From: a bacterium
GTDB taxonomy: Bacteria; Chloroflexota; Dehalococcoidia; Tepidiformales; Tepidiformaceae
Length of the DNA: 64,000 nt
Direction of reading: 5' to 3'
Assembly: GCA_003577245.1 (NCBI GenBank)
Contig: QEVS01000003.1
Span: 52,300 to 116,299 of the forward strand
The position numbers and the translations under genes were made by a program. The notes under the pieces are model-generated. The model was given only the letters and a program-made list of their open reading frames with translations, had not been told where the DNA came from and did not search any database. Shown piece after piece: positions 52,434 through 61,571 of the stretch (the stretch's first letter is position 1; each line of letters opens with the position of its first letter).

Positions 52434-55400
52434 CTACAGGAGGTGGCGACGCCCGGTTGCCGCCTGGCGCCGCCGCAGAAATGCACACGCCGCAAGAGCC
52501 GCCGTCAGCCCGGCACCGAGAAGGATCAGACCTGCTGGGCTTCGGCCTTGCTTCGCCACCGTCCCGGTTCCGGTGGCGGGAGCGATGGGTGTTGGCTTCG
52601 CACCCGCTGAGCCCTGGTTTGACCCGGGTGTGGCCGCACCGGCGACTGTCTCCACAGGGCCGGGTGTGGTCGCCGGCGCTGGCGAAGTCACGGCGGATGG
52701 CGTGCTTGCGGGCAACGCACCACCACCAGGGGTGACGGGCTCACACGCGATAGCGCACTCCGGGATGGTGACCTGGCGGTAGTTGGCGAAGCTCACAGTG
52801 TAGGTCCTGCCCGGTTCCGTAGCGTTCACCAGTTGCGAAACTGGCCCGGCAGCGAGGTACCCCGGCTTTGATGTGGGGTCCTCGAAGACCGTGTACGAAC
52901 AGAGCGCCAGTCCCGTCCACGTCACCGTGCCATCCGGACCTGTGGCTTGCGTCCCGGTGAAGCCACATCCGCTTATCGTCATCCGCCAGCCCTGCCCGGC
53001 CGAGCTTCCGGCAAGGTGGATTTCCGTCTTCCGCGCGGTCACGTTCACCAGCGGTTGGTTGTGGAACCGCGCGATCGCCTGCCCGCCATTTGGCACCTCT
53101 ACCACCACCGTCGCAGGGCTTGCTGCACGGTATCCGGCAGCCCCGGTGGCCTCGCGGACCGTGTAGTACCCGGCAACAAGGCCGCCGAGTGCCAGCTCGC
53201 CACCCGGGAGTGTGACCAGCTTGCCGTTTTCGAAGCCGGGCTCCGGGCCGCTGACCTCGACCTCCCACTCAACGAGGCTCTCACCGGGGTCACGCACGCC
53301 GTTGCCGTTGCGGTCTTCCACCTTCTCGATGACAAGCGCGCCGCGCCCGGCCACGGCATCGCAGGGGAAGTTCGTGATAGTGAACGTGATCTCCCCGCCC
53401 GGTTCGAGCCGAAGGGGCGACTGCGAGATGGCCGTTCCCCACGATGCGGCCGATCCCGGCGCGGTGGGGCAGACCCCCGGTCCCGCTTCCGCCTCGGCAA
53501 TCGAGTACTCCCCTGCGGCAGCGCCAGGAATCTCGACAGTTGTCTCCCTCGGCTCATCGCCAGGATTGACCGGGACCCCGCGCGTTTCCCCCGAGGGGCC
53601 GGAAAGGACGACTGTCCACGCTGGGGGGCGTCCGGGCGTTGCTGGCGTGGTGTGATCCGTCTTGACTATCCGGATTGTGCCCGGGCAGAGCGAAGGCTCG
53701 CCCTTCAGGCTGAAGCTGGCCTGCAGGCTATCGCCCGCCGCTGTGGGCACAGCCTGCCCGTCGAATGTGGCCGCAATCGAGTTGTCCACGTCCTGCGACT
53801 TGCACATTGGAGTGAGCGGGGTGGTGCTCACGTGAACCACGGTCTCGCCGGGGTGAAGGTCGAGCGTGCAGTCGCGGCCGGCTCCAGTCCCCGTGCAGGC
53901 AACTCCTCCGCCGGCGACTGCCGTGATCTTGTCAGCCCCGGCCGCCGTGTAAGTCTCGGTGAGGCTGACGTCCGCTGCTTCAGGGCCGGAGTTGACGAAC
54001 GTGATCGTCCATTCCCCGTTGCCCACGTTCTCCTTCTTCACGCTCAGGCAGGAGGCGTCTGCCACGGCTCCGATGGCGTAAATGCCGGAGTCGCTCGAAC
54101 CGGCCCCGGTGGCGCCCACGATGGAGGCCGTGTTGGTGATGGTGTGGTCAGTGCAGACATCCGGACTGATGGGCAGGTCAGTCACGACGGTGATTGTGGC
54201 GCTCCCTTTCGCCGGGACACCGCATGTCCACGGCCCCGCGCCCGAAACGGTCTCGTCACAGGTCGAAGAAACGGCAACGGCTGAGGGGTCGGAATCTGTG
54301 ACCGGGACGTCCTGCCCGTACTCTGCCGGGTTGGTGATGGTGATCGTCCAGTGCAGCTTGCCATCCGCAACCGTGGCGTCGCTCTTCTCAATTGTGGGGT
54401 CGCCGCCACAGAGGATGGTGACCGTGTTCTCTGCCGTGCCTCCACCGCCAATGCTGGCCGTGTTGGTGATGCGCCCACAGGCGTCGCCTGCCTGCACTGT
54501 AACTTCCAGGGTGATCGTGTAGCCGCTGCCCGTGGCGGCCCCTGCTGCGAGGGTGCAGCTCAGCGGGTCCAGGGTGCCGCACGATAGCCTGTCCGGGTCG
54601 TTGTGCGGGTCGCTGACCGCCAGGGAGTTCACAGTAAAGCCGGGCGGGATGGTGTCCGTGATAGTCACACCCGCATTCGTGGGCCCGTCAGTGACGGTGG
54701 CAGTGATGACCCAGTCGAAGGTGTCGCCCGGGGCGAAGGGGCCGTTGCCGGAGTGCGCCTTGGCGATTGTGACGGTCGGGTCAGGGGGTGTGTAGATGTT
54801 CTTGATGCACACTGTCTGGTCGCCCGTTGCGGGAACCGCCACACCCGAGGCCTGGGCGCCGCTGAAGGTCGCGCTGCTGCACTCCGCGGCGCTTGCCGCA
54901 AGCGCGTAGCCCCCAAAGCTCCATCGGCCCGAAAGAGAGGAGGTCTCGGTCACCGTCAGCGCCTCCGCAGCGACGCCCGGCTTCGTCACGGTCCCCGCGC
55001 CCGTGGTTTGCCAGGTGAGGCTGGTGCTGGCCCCGGTGATGGTCCCGTCGAAAGTGACCGCAGGCGCATTCGCGCCGTCCACTACCTTGACGATGCTGAC
55101 CGTGCGGGTAATGAGGAGGTCGTAGTGGACAACAACCTGGACGAAGTCCACGTTGTAGGTGCGGTTGGCGCCCGACTCGAGTCTGACTCTGAGCCAGGCC
55201 AGCTCCGCCGGCGCCCACGTTCGTCCCCAGTTGGTGGAACTGCTCCCGGCAATGCGAACGTTGTAGGTCGAGGTGAGGTCCGTGATCGCAGTCGAGGTGG
55301 TCCAGTTTGTACCACCGTCCCACGACAGGGACACGTTGAGGGGTGCACCTGCGTAGCTCGCAAGTCCACGGACCCTGACTTCAAGCCCCGTGATCTGAGC

Positions 55401-55694
55401 GGTCACGTCCACGGCACCAAAGACGTAGTTGCCGAGAACCATGACCTTGCTCCCAGTTGTGGTAATAGCGGGCTGGTTGTCTTGCCCACCAGTTGCCTTG
55501 GTTGGCGATGTCCAGTGGCCATTCGACGAACTCGCCGAACCGGCATAGGAGGCGGTGGTGTAGGCCGCCGCCCCGCCGCGTTGCGCGCCCGGCAACACAC
55601 CTCCCACAAAGGTGGCAGCGACCACCGTCAGCAGGGCACAGAGAACGAGGGCGCACCGCCGTGCGCGAGACTTGCCGTAGAGGGCGAGCGTCAT
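52434..55694 (-). CDS. 1086-aa surface adhesin-like protein (DUF11/Cna-B/SpaA-like repeats, C-terminal anchor)
   Basis: Signal peptide after ATG 55694. Repeats such as TITDTIPPGFTV and VIEKVEDRNGNGVRDPGE. The C-terminus is IAPATGTG..., a hydrophobic stretch, then RRRQ. Confidence 0.8.
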   Translation of the reverse strand: MTLALYGKSRARRCALVLCALLTVVAATFVGGVLPGAQRGGAAAYTTASYAGSASSSNGHWTSPTKATGGQDNQPAITTTGSKVMVLGNYVFGAVDVTAQITGLEVRVRGLASYAGAPLNVSLSWDGGTNWTTSTAITDLTSTYNVRIAGSSSTNWGRTWAPAELAWLRVRLESGANRTYNVDFVQVVVHYDLLITRTVSIVKVVDGANAPAVTFDGTITGASTSLTWQTTGAGTVTKPGVAAEALTVTETSSLSGRWSFGGYALAASAAECSSATFSGAQASGVAVPATGDQTVCIKNIYTPPDPTVTIAKAHSGNGPFAPGDTFDWVITATVTDGPTNAGVTITDTIPPGFTVNSLAVSDPHNDPDRLSCGTLDPLSCTLAAGAATGSGYTITLEVTVQAGDACGRITNTASIGGGGTAENTVTILCGGDPTIEKSDATVADGKLHWTITITNPAEYGQDVPVTDSDPSAVAVSSTCDETVSGAGPWTCGVPAKGSATITVVTDLPISPDVCTDHTITNTASIVGATGAGSSDSGIYAIGAVADASCLSVKKENVGNGEWTITFVNSGPEAADVSLTETYTAAGADKITAVAGGGVACTGTGAGRDCTLDLHPGETVVHVSTTPLTPMCKSQDVDNSIAATFDGQAVPTAAGDSLQASFSLKGEPSLCPGTIRIVKTDHTTPATPGRPPAWTVVLSGPSGETRGVPVNPGDEPRETTVEIPGAAAGEYSIAEAEAGPGVCPTAPGSAASWGTAISQSPLRLEPGGEITFTITNFPCDAVAGRGALVIEKVEDRNGNGVRDPGESLVEWEVEVSGPEPGFENGKLVTLPGGELALGGLVAGYYTVREATGAAGYRAASPATVVVEVPNGGQAIARFHNQPLVNVTARKTEIHLAGSSAGQGWRMTISGCGFTGTQATGPDGTVTWTGLALCSYTVFEDPTSKPGYLAAGPVSQLVNATEPGRTYTVSFANYRQVTIPECAIACEPVTPGGGALPASTPSAVTSPAPATTPGPVETVAGAATPGSNQGSAGAKPTPIAPATGTGTVAKQGRSPAGLILLGAGLTAALAACAFLRRRQAATGRRHLL

Positions 55695-56060
55695 GGAGTC
55701 ACACCGTCCTTGCGAGGGTGGGGAATCCCCACCCCGGGGGCCGGTGGCGCCCGGTTGTGGCGCTGTACGCCGCTTGCGATTGCGAAGCCCGATGCAGGGA
55801 CGCCGCATCTCGCGCCCACGAGGGGAGCCTCTGCCGGCGATTGGCGCCATTCCGGGTAAGAAGGCGGCTCGCGGGCGCGCCTGCCCCGGCTGTTCCGCAC
55901 CCGGCCCGCTTCGCCCCGCTGGTCCCGGGGGCGCCGGCTGGTGCCCGTTAAACCTCCCCAGAAGGAGGGCATCCCTTGCCGCCGCTCTGGCCGGGCGGCT
56001 TCAGCGCGTTGTTCGGGCCTGCGGCGTGTCCGGGGGCAGGCCACAACCAGCGCGGCGCGA

Positions 56061-56089
56061 ACAATAAGGGAAACTCACATGTATTTCAA
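56061..56089 (-). promoter_or_regulatory. sigma-70-type promoter upstream of the adhesin gene
   Basis: Minus strand reads TTGAAA-17 nt-TATTGT in the only AT-rich patch of the spacer. It implies a 5' UTR of about 360 nt. Confidence 0.5.
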
Positions 56090-56140
56090 TCGCTAATTTC
56101 CGGCAGCGCCCTGTGCCGGTACCAGAGGACGGGGCGCCGG

Positions 56141-59100
56141 CTACCGGGGCAGGTCCGCAAGCCGGAGCGAGAGCACCTTCGAGACGCCGTCGCGACCCAT
56201 GGAAACTCCGTAAATGGAGTCGGCCGCCTCCACCGTGCGGCGGTTGTGGGTGATAACCAGGAACTGCGTCTTCTGTGCGAGCGCCTCCAGCGCCCCCGTG
56301 AAGCGGCCCACGTTGGCCTCATCGAGGGCGGCATCGACTTCGTCGAGCACGCAGAAAGGCGCCGGGTTCACCGATAGCAGGGCGAAGAGAAGGGCCACCG
56401 CCGTCAGCGACCGCTCACCGCCCGAGAGCATGTTCAGGCTGGCGATGCGCTTGCCCGGCGGCTGCGCTTCCATCTCGATTCCCGCTTCGGCCACGTTGTC
56501 GGGATTGGAGAGCGCGAGGCGGGCCTGCCCTCCGCCGAAGAACGCCGAGAAGTACTCGCCGAAGGCCTGGTTCACTTTCTCGTAGGTGGCGCCGAAACGG
56601 GTATGAATCTCCTCGTTCAGCTCCGTGATGACCTGGCGCAGCTGGATCTCGGCATCCTCGAGGTCGCGCATCTGCGAGGTGAGGAACTCGTAGCGCTCCT
56701 GGCTTTCGCGGAAGTCCTCGGGCGCTTCTTCGTTCACAGGCCCCAGCCGCCGAATCTGACGGCGGAGCTCTTCAATGCGCGAACGCGTTTCCTCCACGTC
56801 GATGATGGCGCCCCCCTGGATGGCCGATGCCCCGCTCTGCTGCCCTTCGAACATGGGCGCCGTCGCCATCGCCTCATCCAGAGACACGATCCGCCCCGTG
56901 TGGTCCGGGCCGAGGCCCTCACGCTCCATCTCGATGCGGAGGCTCTCGATATGGTCACTGGCGCGGGCAAGCTCGGCTTCGATGTCGAGGCGGCGGCGTT
57001 CCACCTGGAGCAGCGTCGCCTGAGCCTCCTGGTAGTCGTCCTGCACCTGGCGCTCATGGTTTTCGAGGCGGTGAAGCTCGTCACGGTCGGGCGCGGCGTC
57101 GTTGGCGCGCTGCCCCTGCTCCAGGCGAACGGTCTCCAGCTCGGCCGCGAGCTTGCGAAGCCGCTCGTCGATGGCGCCCGCCTCCAGCTCGAGGTTGCGC
57201 GCCTGCAGCCGGCGAGCGGATATCTGTCCCGCCAGCCGCTCGATGGCCTTCTCGTGCTGTTCGCGCATCGCTGCCAGGGTCTTGCGTTCCCCTTCGATGG
57301 TTGCGACCCGTGCGCTCGCTTCGCCGACCGCACTCAGAGCAGCCTCACGGCGGGCGGTGACGGCGCGAAGGTCGGTCTCGAGCTGAGCGATAGCCGTCCG
57401 GCGCTCCTCCCTGCGCGCGACTGCCTGGGTCATTGCCGTGGTTGACTGGGCGATGAGCCGCTGGCGACCTTCCGCCTCGCGGGCGATATCGGCTCGCCGG
57501 GCCTTGATGGCGTCCATCTCGCGCCGCAGCCGGTGCAGACGGTCCCGCTCTCGTTCGAGGTCGAGCCGCGCCGTGTCGAGCTGGCGCCTCACCGAGTCGT
57601 ACTGCGCGTCGGCCTCCTGCGACCGCTGTGCCAGCTGCTCGATGGCGCCCCTCGCGTCGCGCAGCCGCTGCGAGCTCACGGCCGCCCGGTCGCGCAGCTC
57701 CGCGATCTTCACCGGGAGCTCTTCCAGCTCCCGCTGGCGGGAGAACGTGCTCTCCTCGGCGCCTGAGGCCCCACCCGTCATCACGCCGGTGGGCTCGATG
57801 TACGTCCCGTCGAGCGTGACTACCGACCCCAGGGCGCGCCGGATCATGCGAAGCCCGGTCTGCGTGTCTTCAACGATGATCACGCGGCCCAGCAGCGTGT
57901 CGATGAGGGGCCGGAACTGGTTTTCGCAGCGGACAAGCTTGGCCGCGACGCCAACCACGCCGCGCTCTTTCTGCAGATTCAAGGGATAGACGTGGCGCAC
58001 CGAATCCAGCGCCAGGAACTGCGCCCGCCCGTGCCGTCTCCGCCGGAGCAGCTCAATCGCCTGCAGCGCCTGCTCCTCGTTCTGGACGATGACCGCGTGG
58101 AGACGCTGCTCGAGTGCAGCATTGATCGCCGTCTCGAGGCCCGCGGGAACGCGGATCTGGCGCGACAGAAGGCCAAGCACACCGGGAACCTCGGACGGCT
58201 CGCCGAGGCTGCCGGGCTCAACCCCCTCGATGAGCGCCTGCCCCATGATGAGCACATTGCGCGTGCCTGCAGCCACGCCTTCCTGCTCGGCCTGGATGCG
58301 CCGGAGCGCATCGAGGCGGCCTTCAAGATGGTCAAGCTCGCGGAGATCTTGGTTGCCGGCCGCCTCATAAGAGCGCGTCTCTTCCTGCACGCGGAGCAGG
58401 CGCTCGCGGGCTTCTTCGGCGCCGCGGCGGGCGGTGCTGAGCTCTCCCTCCGCCACGCCGAGCTGCTCCCGCAGCTGCAAGAAGCGGCGCCCGTACCCGA
58501 TGAGCTCCACCAGCGCCTGCTTGCGCCGGACACCCGACTGGTTGTACTCCCGGTCCAGCTCTTCGATGCGCCGCTCCGCGGCCTGGATATCTGCTTCCAT
58601 TGCGCCGGTCCGGCGCTCGTCGGCGTCGGCCGCGTCGCGCAGCTCCTGGAGCCGGCTACGCGTGGCGGAGTAGTCTCTTTCGGCCGCGTCGAGAGCTTCC
58701 CGCGCTTCACCGGCCTGCGCTTTCGCCTGCTCGATCTCGCCGCTCACCTCGAGCCCACGGCGGCCCTCATCGACGTCGGTGCTCGTGAGCGAGAGGCGTT
58801 CGGCCTCCATCGCGTCGATCTCGCGCTGGAGCTCGTCGCGCCGGGCGGCCGTCATGGCGTGGCGTTCGCGGTCCAGGGCGATCGCCTGCTCGGTCGTGCG
58901 GAGCCGCTGTTCGAGTTCGAGGTGACGTGTGTCCCGGCGTTGGATGGCCTCGCGGCGCTTGCGAATCTCATCGCCCAGCGCGCGCATCTGTTCGCGCAAC
59001 TGGCTCACGCGCTCGGCGGCTGCGGCGTCCTCGGCCGCGCGCTGGTCGAGCGCCGCTCGAGCCCGGACGAGGGCATTCTGAGCCTCGCTCCAGCGGTGTC

Positions 59101-59791
59101 CGCAGTAGGCGCGCAGCAAGTCGGCAAGCTCCGCCGAAAGGCGGGTGTGCTCGCTCGCGCGTTCGGCCTGGCGGCTGAGCTGGGCCAGCCGGGGCTCAAT
59201 CTCCGCCGTGAGCAACGTCACGCGGTCGATGTTCTCTCGCGTGGCCAGGAGACGGTCCTGCGCCTCCTTTATCTTCATGCGAAACCGCTTCACGTCCGCC
59301 GCTTCGTCCAGGAGTGTCCGGCGCTCGTCGGGGGACATGCTCAGCACTTCGTCGACCAGGCCCTGCCCCATGATGGCGTAGCTGTTCTGGCCCACATCGC
59401 CCTTCATGAGCAGGTCAACGACGTCGCGCAGGCGAACCCGCGAGCCGTTCAGCAGGTACTCGGACTCGCCGTTGCGATAGACGCGGCGTCCCACCTCCAC
59501 CTCGCCGAAGTCCAGGGGAAGCCAGCGGTCCTCGTTGTCGAGGGTGATGATGACTTCGGCCATGCCCACGGCGGCCCGGGCGCCGGTCCCCGAGAAGATG
59601 ACGTCTTCGGACTTCTTCGCGCGGAGGAGGCGGGTGCTCTGTTCGCCCAGCACCCAGCGGATGGCGTCGGAAACGTTGCTCTTGCCCGAGCCGTTGGGGC
59701 CGACGACGGCCGTGATGCCCGTCCCAAAGTCAAACGTGGTGCGGTTGGGGAAGCTCTTGAATCCCTGGATGGAGAGTCTCTTCAGGTACAC
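56141..59791 (-). CDS. smc: chromosome segregation protein SMC
   Basis: MYLKRLSIQGFKSF, GPNGSGKSN, long coiled coils, hinge, LSGGE and VLDEVDAALD. Confidence 0.95.
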   Translation of the reverse strand: MYLKRLSIQGFKSFPNRTTFDFGTGITAVVGPNGSGKSNVSDAIRWVLGEQSTRLLRAKKSEDVIFSGTGARAAVGMAEVIITLDNEDRWLPLDFGEVEVGRRVYRNGESEYLLNGSRVRLRDVVDLLMKGDVGQNSYAIMGQGLVDEVLSMSPDERRTLLDEAADVKRFRMKIKEAQDRLLATRENIDRVTLLTAEIEPRLAQLSRQAERASEHTRLSAELADLLRAYCGHRWSEAQNALVRARAALDQRAAEDAAAAERVSQLREQMRALGDEIRKRREAIQRRDTRHLELEQRLRTTEQAIALDRERHAMTAARRDELQREIDAMEAERLSLTSTDVDEGRRGLEVSGEIEQAKAQAGEAREALDAAERDYSATRSRLQELRDAADADERRTGAMEADIQAAERRIEELDREYNQSGVRRKQALVELIGYGRRFLQLREQLGVAEGELSTARRGAEEARERLLRVQEETRSYEAAGNQDLRELDHLEGRLDALRRIQAEQEGVAAGTRNVLIMGQALIEGVEPGSLGEPSEVPGVLGLLSRQIRVPAGLETAINAALEQRLHAVIVQNEEQALQAIELLRRRRHGRAQFLALDSVRHVYPLNLQKERGVVGVAAKLVRCENQFRPLIDTLLGRVIIVEDTQTGLRMIRRALGSVVTLDGTYIEPTGVMTGGASGAEESTFSRQRELEELPVKIAELRDRAAVSSQRLRDARGAIEQLAQRSQEADAQYDSVRRQLDTARLDLERERDRLHRLRREMDAIKARRADIAREAEGRQRLIAQSTTAMTQAVARREERRTAIAQLETDLRAVTARREAALSAVGEASARVATIEGERKTLAAMREQHEKAIERLAGQISARRLQARNLELEAGAIDERLRKLAAELETVRLEQGQRANDAAPDRDELHRLENHERQVQDDYQEAQATLLQVERRRLDIEAELARASDHIESLRIEMEREGLGPDHTGRIVSLDEAMATAPMFEGQQSGASAIQGGAIIDVEETRSRIEELRRQIRRLGPVNEEAPEDFRESQERYEFLTSQMRDLEDAEIQLRQVITELNEEIHTRFGATYEKVNQAFGEYFSAFFGGGQARLALSNPDNVAEAGIEMEAQPPGKRIASLNMLSGGERSLTAVALLFALLSVNPAPFCVLDEVDAALDEANVGRFTGALEALAQKTQFLVITHNRRTVEAADSIYGVSMGRDGVSKVLSLRLADLPR

Positions 59792-59793
59792 CG

Positions 59794-60522
59794 CTACGCC
59801 TCCTCCCCCGAAAGCCGCGCCACCGCTTCGCGGGCGGCCTCTTGCTGGGCATCGCGTTTGCTGGGGCCGCTGCCCCGGCCGAGAGTCGTGCCTCCGATGC
59901 GGACCTCGACGGTGAACCTGCGGCCTTGACCGGCGGCCTCCTCGTCAACCGTCACATAATCCGGCGGTTCGTGCCAGCGCGCCTGGACCATGTGTTGCAG
60001 GCTCGATTTCGGGTCAAGGCTGGCCCCCTCGCGGCGGACCTGGTCAAGCTCGGGGGCAAGCATGCGCAGGATGAACGAGCGAGCCGCCCTGTACCCCTGG
60101 TCGCGGTACACCGCCCCGATAATGGCTTCGAAGACGCCGGCCAGGTTCCGTTCGCGCATGCGCCCGCCCGCTGCCTCTTCGCCGCGGCCGAGGACGATAT
60201 GGTCGCCTATGTCCAGCCGGGCCGCCGCCCGGGCCAACGCCGACCCTCTCACAATCTCGGCACGCATCCGTGTCAGGTCGCCCTCGCCTGCGGCGGGGAA
60301 CAGGCGAAAGAGCTCGTGTCCGACAACCATTCCCAGCACTGCGTCGCCAAGGAACTCCAACCGCTCATTTGATTCGGCATCAGCCCCGGACTCGTTCAGA
60401 AACGAAGCGTGCGTGAGGGCCTGTTCCAGGAGAGCGCCGGGCAACGGCCTTCCACCCAGCCGTTGAATGAGGTCATCGAGTGCAGGCGGCGGGGCCAGTG
60501 GCACTGAACCTCCCTGGCGCAC
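59794..60522 (-). CDS. rnc: ribonuclease III
   Basis: ERLEFLGDAVLGMVV signature and a C-terminal dsRBD. The stop is 2 nt before the smc GTG. Confidence 0.9.
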   Translation of the reverse strand: MRQGGSVPLAPPPALDDLIQRLGGRPLPGALLEQALTHASFLNESGADAESNERLEFLGDAVLGMVVGHELFRLFPAAGEGDLTRMRAEIVRGSALARAAARLDIGDHIVLGRGEEAAGGRMRERNLAGVFEAIIGAVYRDQGYRAARSFILRMLAPELDQVRREGASLDPKSSLQHMVQARWHEPPDYVTVDEEAAGQGRRFTVEVRIGGTTLGRGSGPSKRDAQQEAAREAVARLSGEEA

Positions 60523-60628
60523 GGCCCTGGGTCCGAAGAAACAGGGAAATGCTAACTTTGCATGATCATATCGACCATTCGGGCCGTGTCAAGGATACGG
60601 TAGAATCGAAGCGAAGCCCGCCAACACT

Positions 60629-61006
60629 ATGACAAGCGCGATAATTTCATGTTCGGTCTGCCTCCTCGAGCTCGAAGAGCATATGGTGGCGCTTTGCAAC
60701 GCTTGCGGGCAGGCCTATCACCTCAATCAGCGCAACGACCGGCCCGGCACGGACTGCGGCGAGGTGTGGGTCAACGAAGAGCACCTCGCACTCGAGTTTG
60801 CCTGCAACACCTGCCTGCATCCGCCCGTGGAAGAGACGCTCTCGGCCGTCCTGGATACTGCGGAAGCGGCCGCCCTCGCCGGGCTCTCCGAGGCCGCTCT
60901 GCAGGCCGCCGCCGATGCCGGGCTTGTCCGCAGCCGGCGAACGTCGAGCGGCATCTACCTGTTTGAGCGCGGCGACGTGATTGCGTTCGCCCGGGGGCGG
61001 CCGTGA
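60629..61006 (+). CDS. PHD-like C4HC3 zinc-finger + excisionase-type HTH protein
   Basis: C8-x2-C11-x11-C23-x2-C26-x4-H31-x11-C43-x15-C59-x2-C62, then LDTAEAAALAGLSEAALQ...IYLFERGDV (HTH_17-like). Confidence 0.6.
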   Translation: MTSAIISCSVCLLELEEHMVALCNACGQAYHLNQRNDRPGTDCGEVWVNEEHLALEFACNTCLHPPVEETLSAVLDTAEAAALAGLSEAALQAAADAGLVRSRRTSSGIYLFERGDVIAFARGRP

Positions 61007-61233
61007 GTGCCGGGCTGTGTTGCGAATGCAAGGGGCCCGCGAGCGGACGCAGCATGCTCATCTGTGCCTGCTGCCGGGGCCGGTTCCACTATCCCGATGA
61101 GCGCGTGAAGGAGGCGGGCCGGCGCTGCGGCGTGCACGAGATCGGCTTTCGCGACATCCTTGGTCGAGACGTTGTGCCGCTCTGCCTTCGCTGCGACATG
61201 GCATTCAGGCTCGAGAACGGGATTCCCGCATGA
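61003..61233 (+). CDS. 76-aa stand-alone paralog of the same zinc-finger domain
   Basis: C6-x2-C9-x11-C21-x2-C24-x4-H29-x12-C42-x18-C61-x2-C64. GTGA overlap with the upstream gene. Confidence 0.55.
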   Translation: MSAGLCCECKGPASGRSMLICACCRGRFHYPDERVKEAGRRCGVHEIGFRDILGRDVVPLCLRCDMAFRLENGIPA

Positions 61234-61568
61234 CCTCCACACGCAAGCGTTCCCGCCGCGACCGTGCCGCGGCCCCTCCCGCCCCCGCCTCGCAGGGGGT
61301 GGCCCCGGTCCAGGCCGGCCGTGCCCTCAAGCCGCCGCCGGAATGGCGCTGGCGCACCTTCCCCGTCTACTTCGCCTTTTCGCTGGCGCTCTTCGTGGGC
61401 GTGTACGTGGGGCTGCTCGCTGCGGCGGCGAATGATGCGGGCAACGGGAGCATTTCGCTCCTCCTGGCCGGGATACCCGCGGTCATGCTGGGGCTGGGGC
61501 TCTCCCGCATCGTGGTGCGTTTCATGATGACGCGCGGGGTCATTCGCCCGCGGGCAAAACGCAAGTAG
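61230..61568 (+). CDS. 112-aa two-TM membrane protein with basic termini
   Basis: ATGA overlap with the upstream gene. Two hydrophobic helices (FPVYFAFSLALFVGVYVGLLAAA; ISLLLAGIPAVMLGLGL). Confidence 0.55.
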   Translation: MTSTRKRSRRDRAAAPPAPASQGVAPVQAGRALKPPPEWRWRTFPVYFAFSLALFVGVYVGLLAAAANDAGNGSISLLLAGIPAVMLGLGLSRIVVRFMMTRGVIRPRAKRK

Positions 61569-61571
61569 CCG

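Noticed and set aside
52947-55859. Two long + strand ORFs (445 and 418 aa)
   Set aside because: They are antisense to the adhesin gene, which has a signal peptide, repeat domains and a C-terminal anchor.
55695-56060. c-di-GMP-I/II riboswitch in the adhesin leader
   Set aside because: I looked for the GGCAAACC / GACGCAAAGCC type blocks on the coding strand and they are absent.
56100-56119. Hairpin CCGGCAGCGCCCTGTGCCGG as the smc terminator
   Set aside because: No U tract follows the stem on the smc strand, where AAAUUAGCG follows instead. I therefore did not call it an intrinsic terminator.
57992-59929. 645-aa ORF on the + strand
   Set aside because: It is antisense to smc and rnc. It is a shadow ORF.
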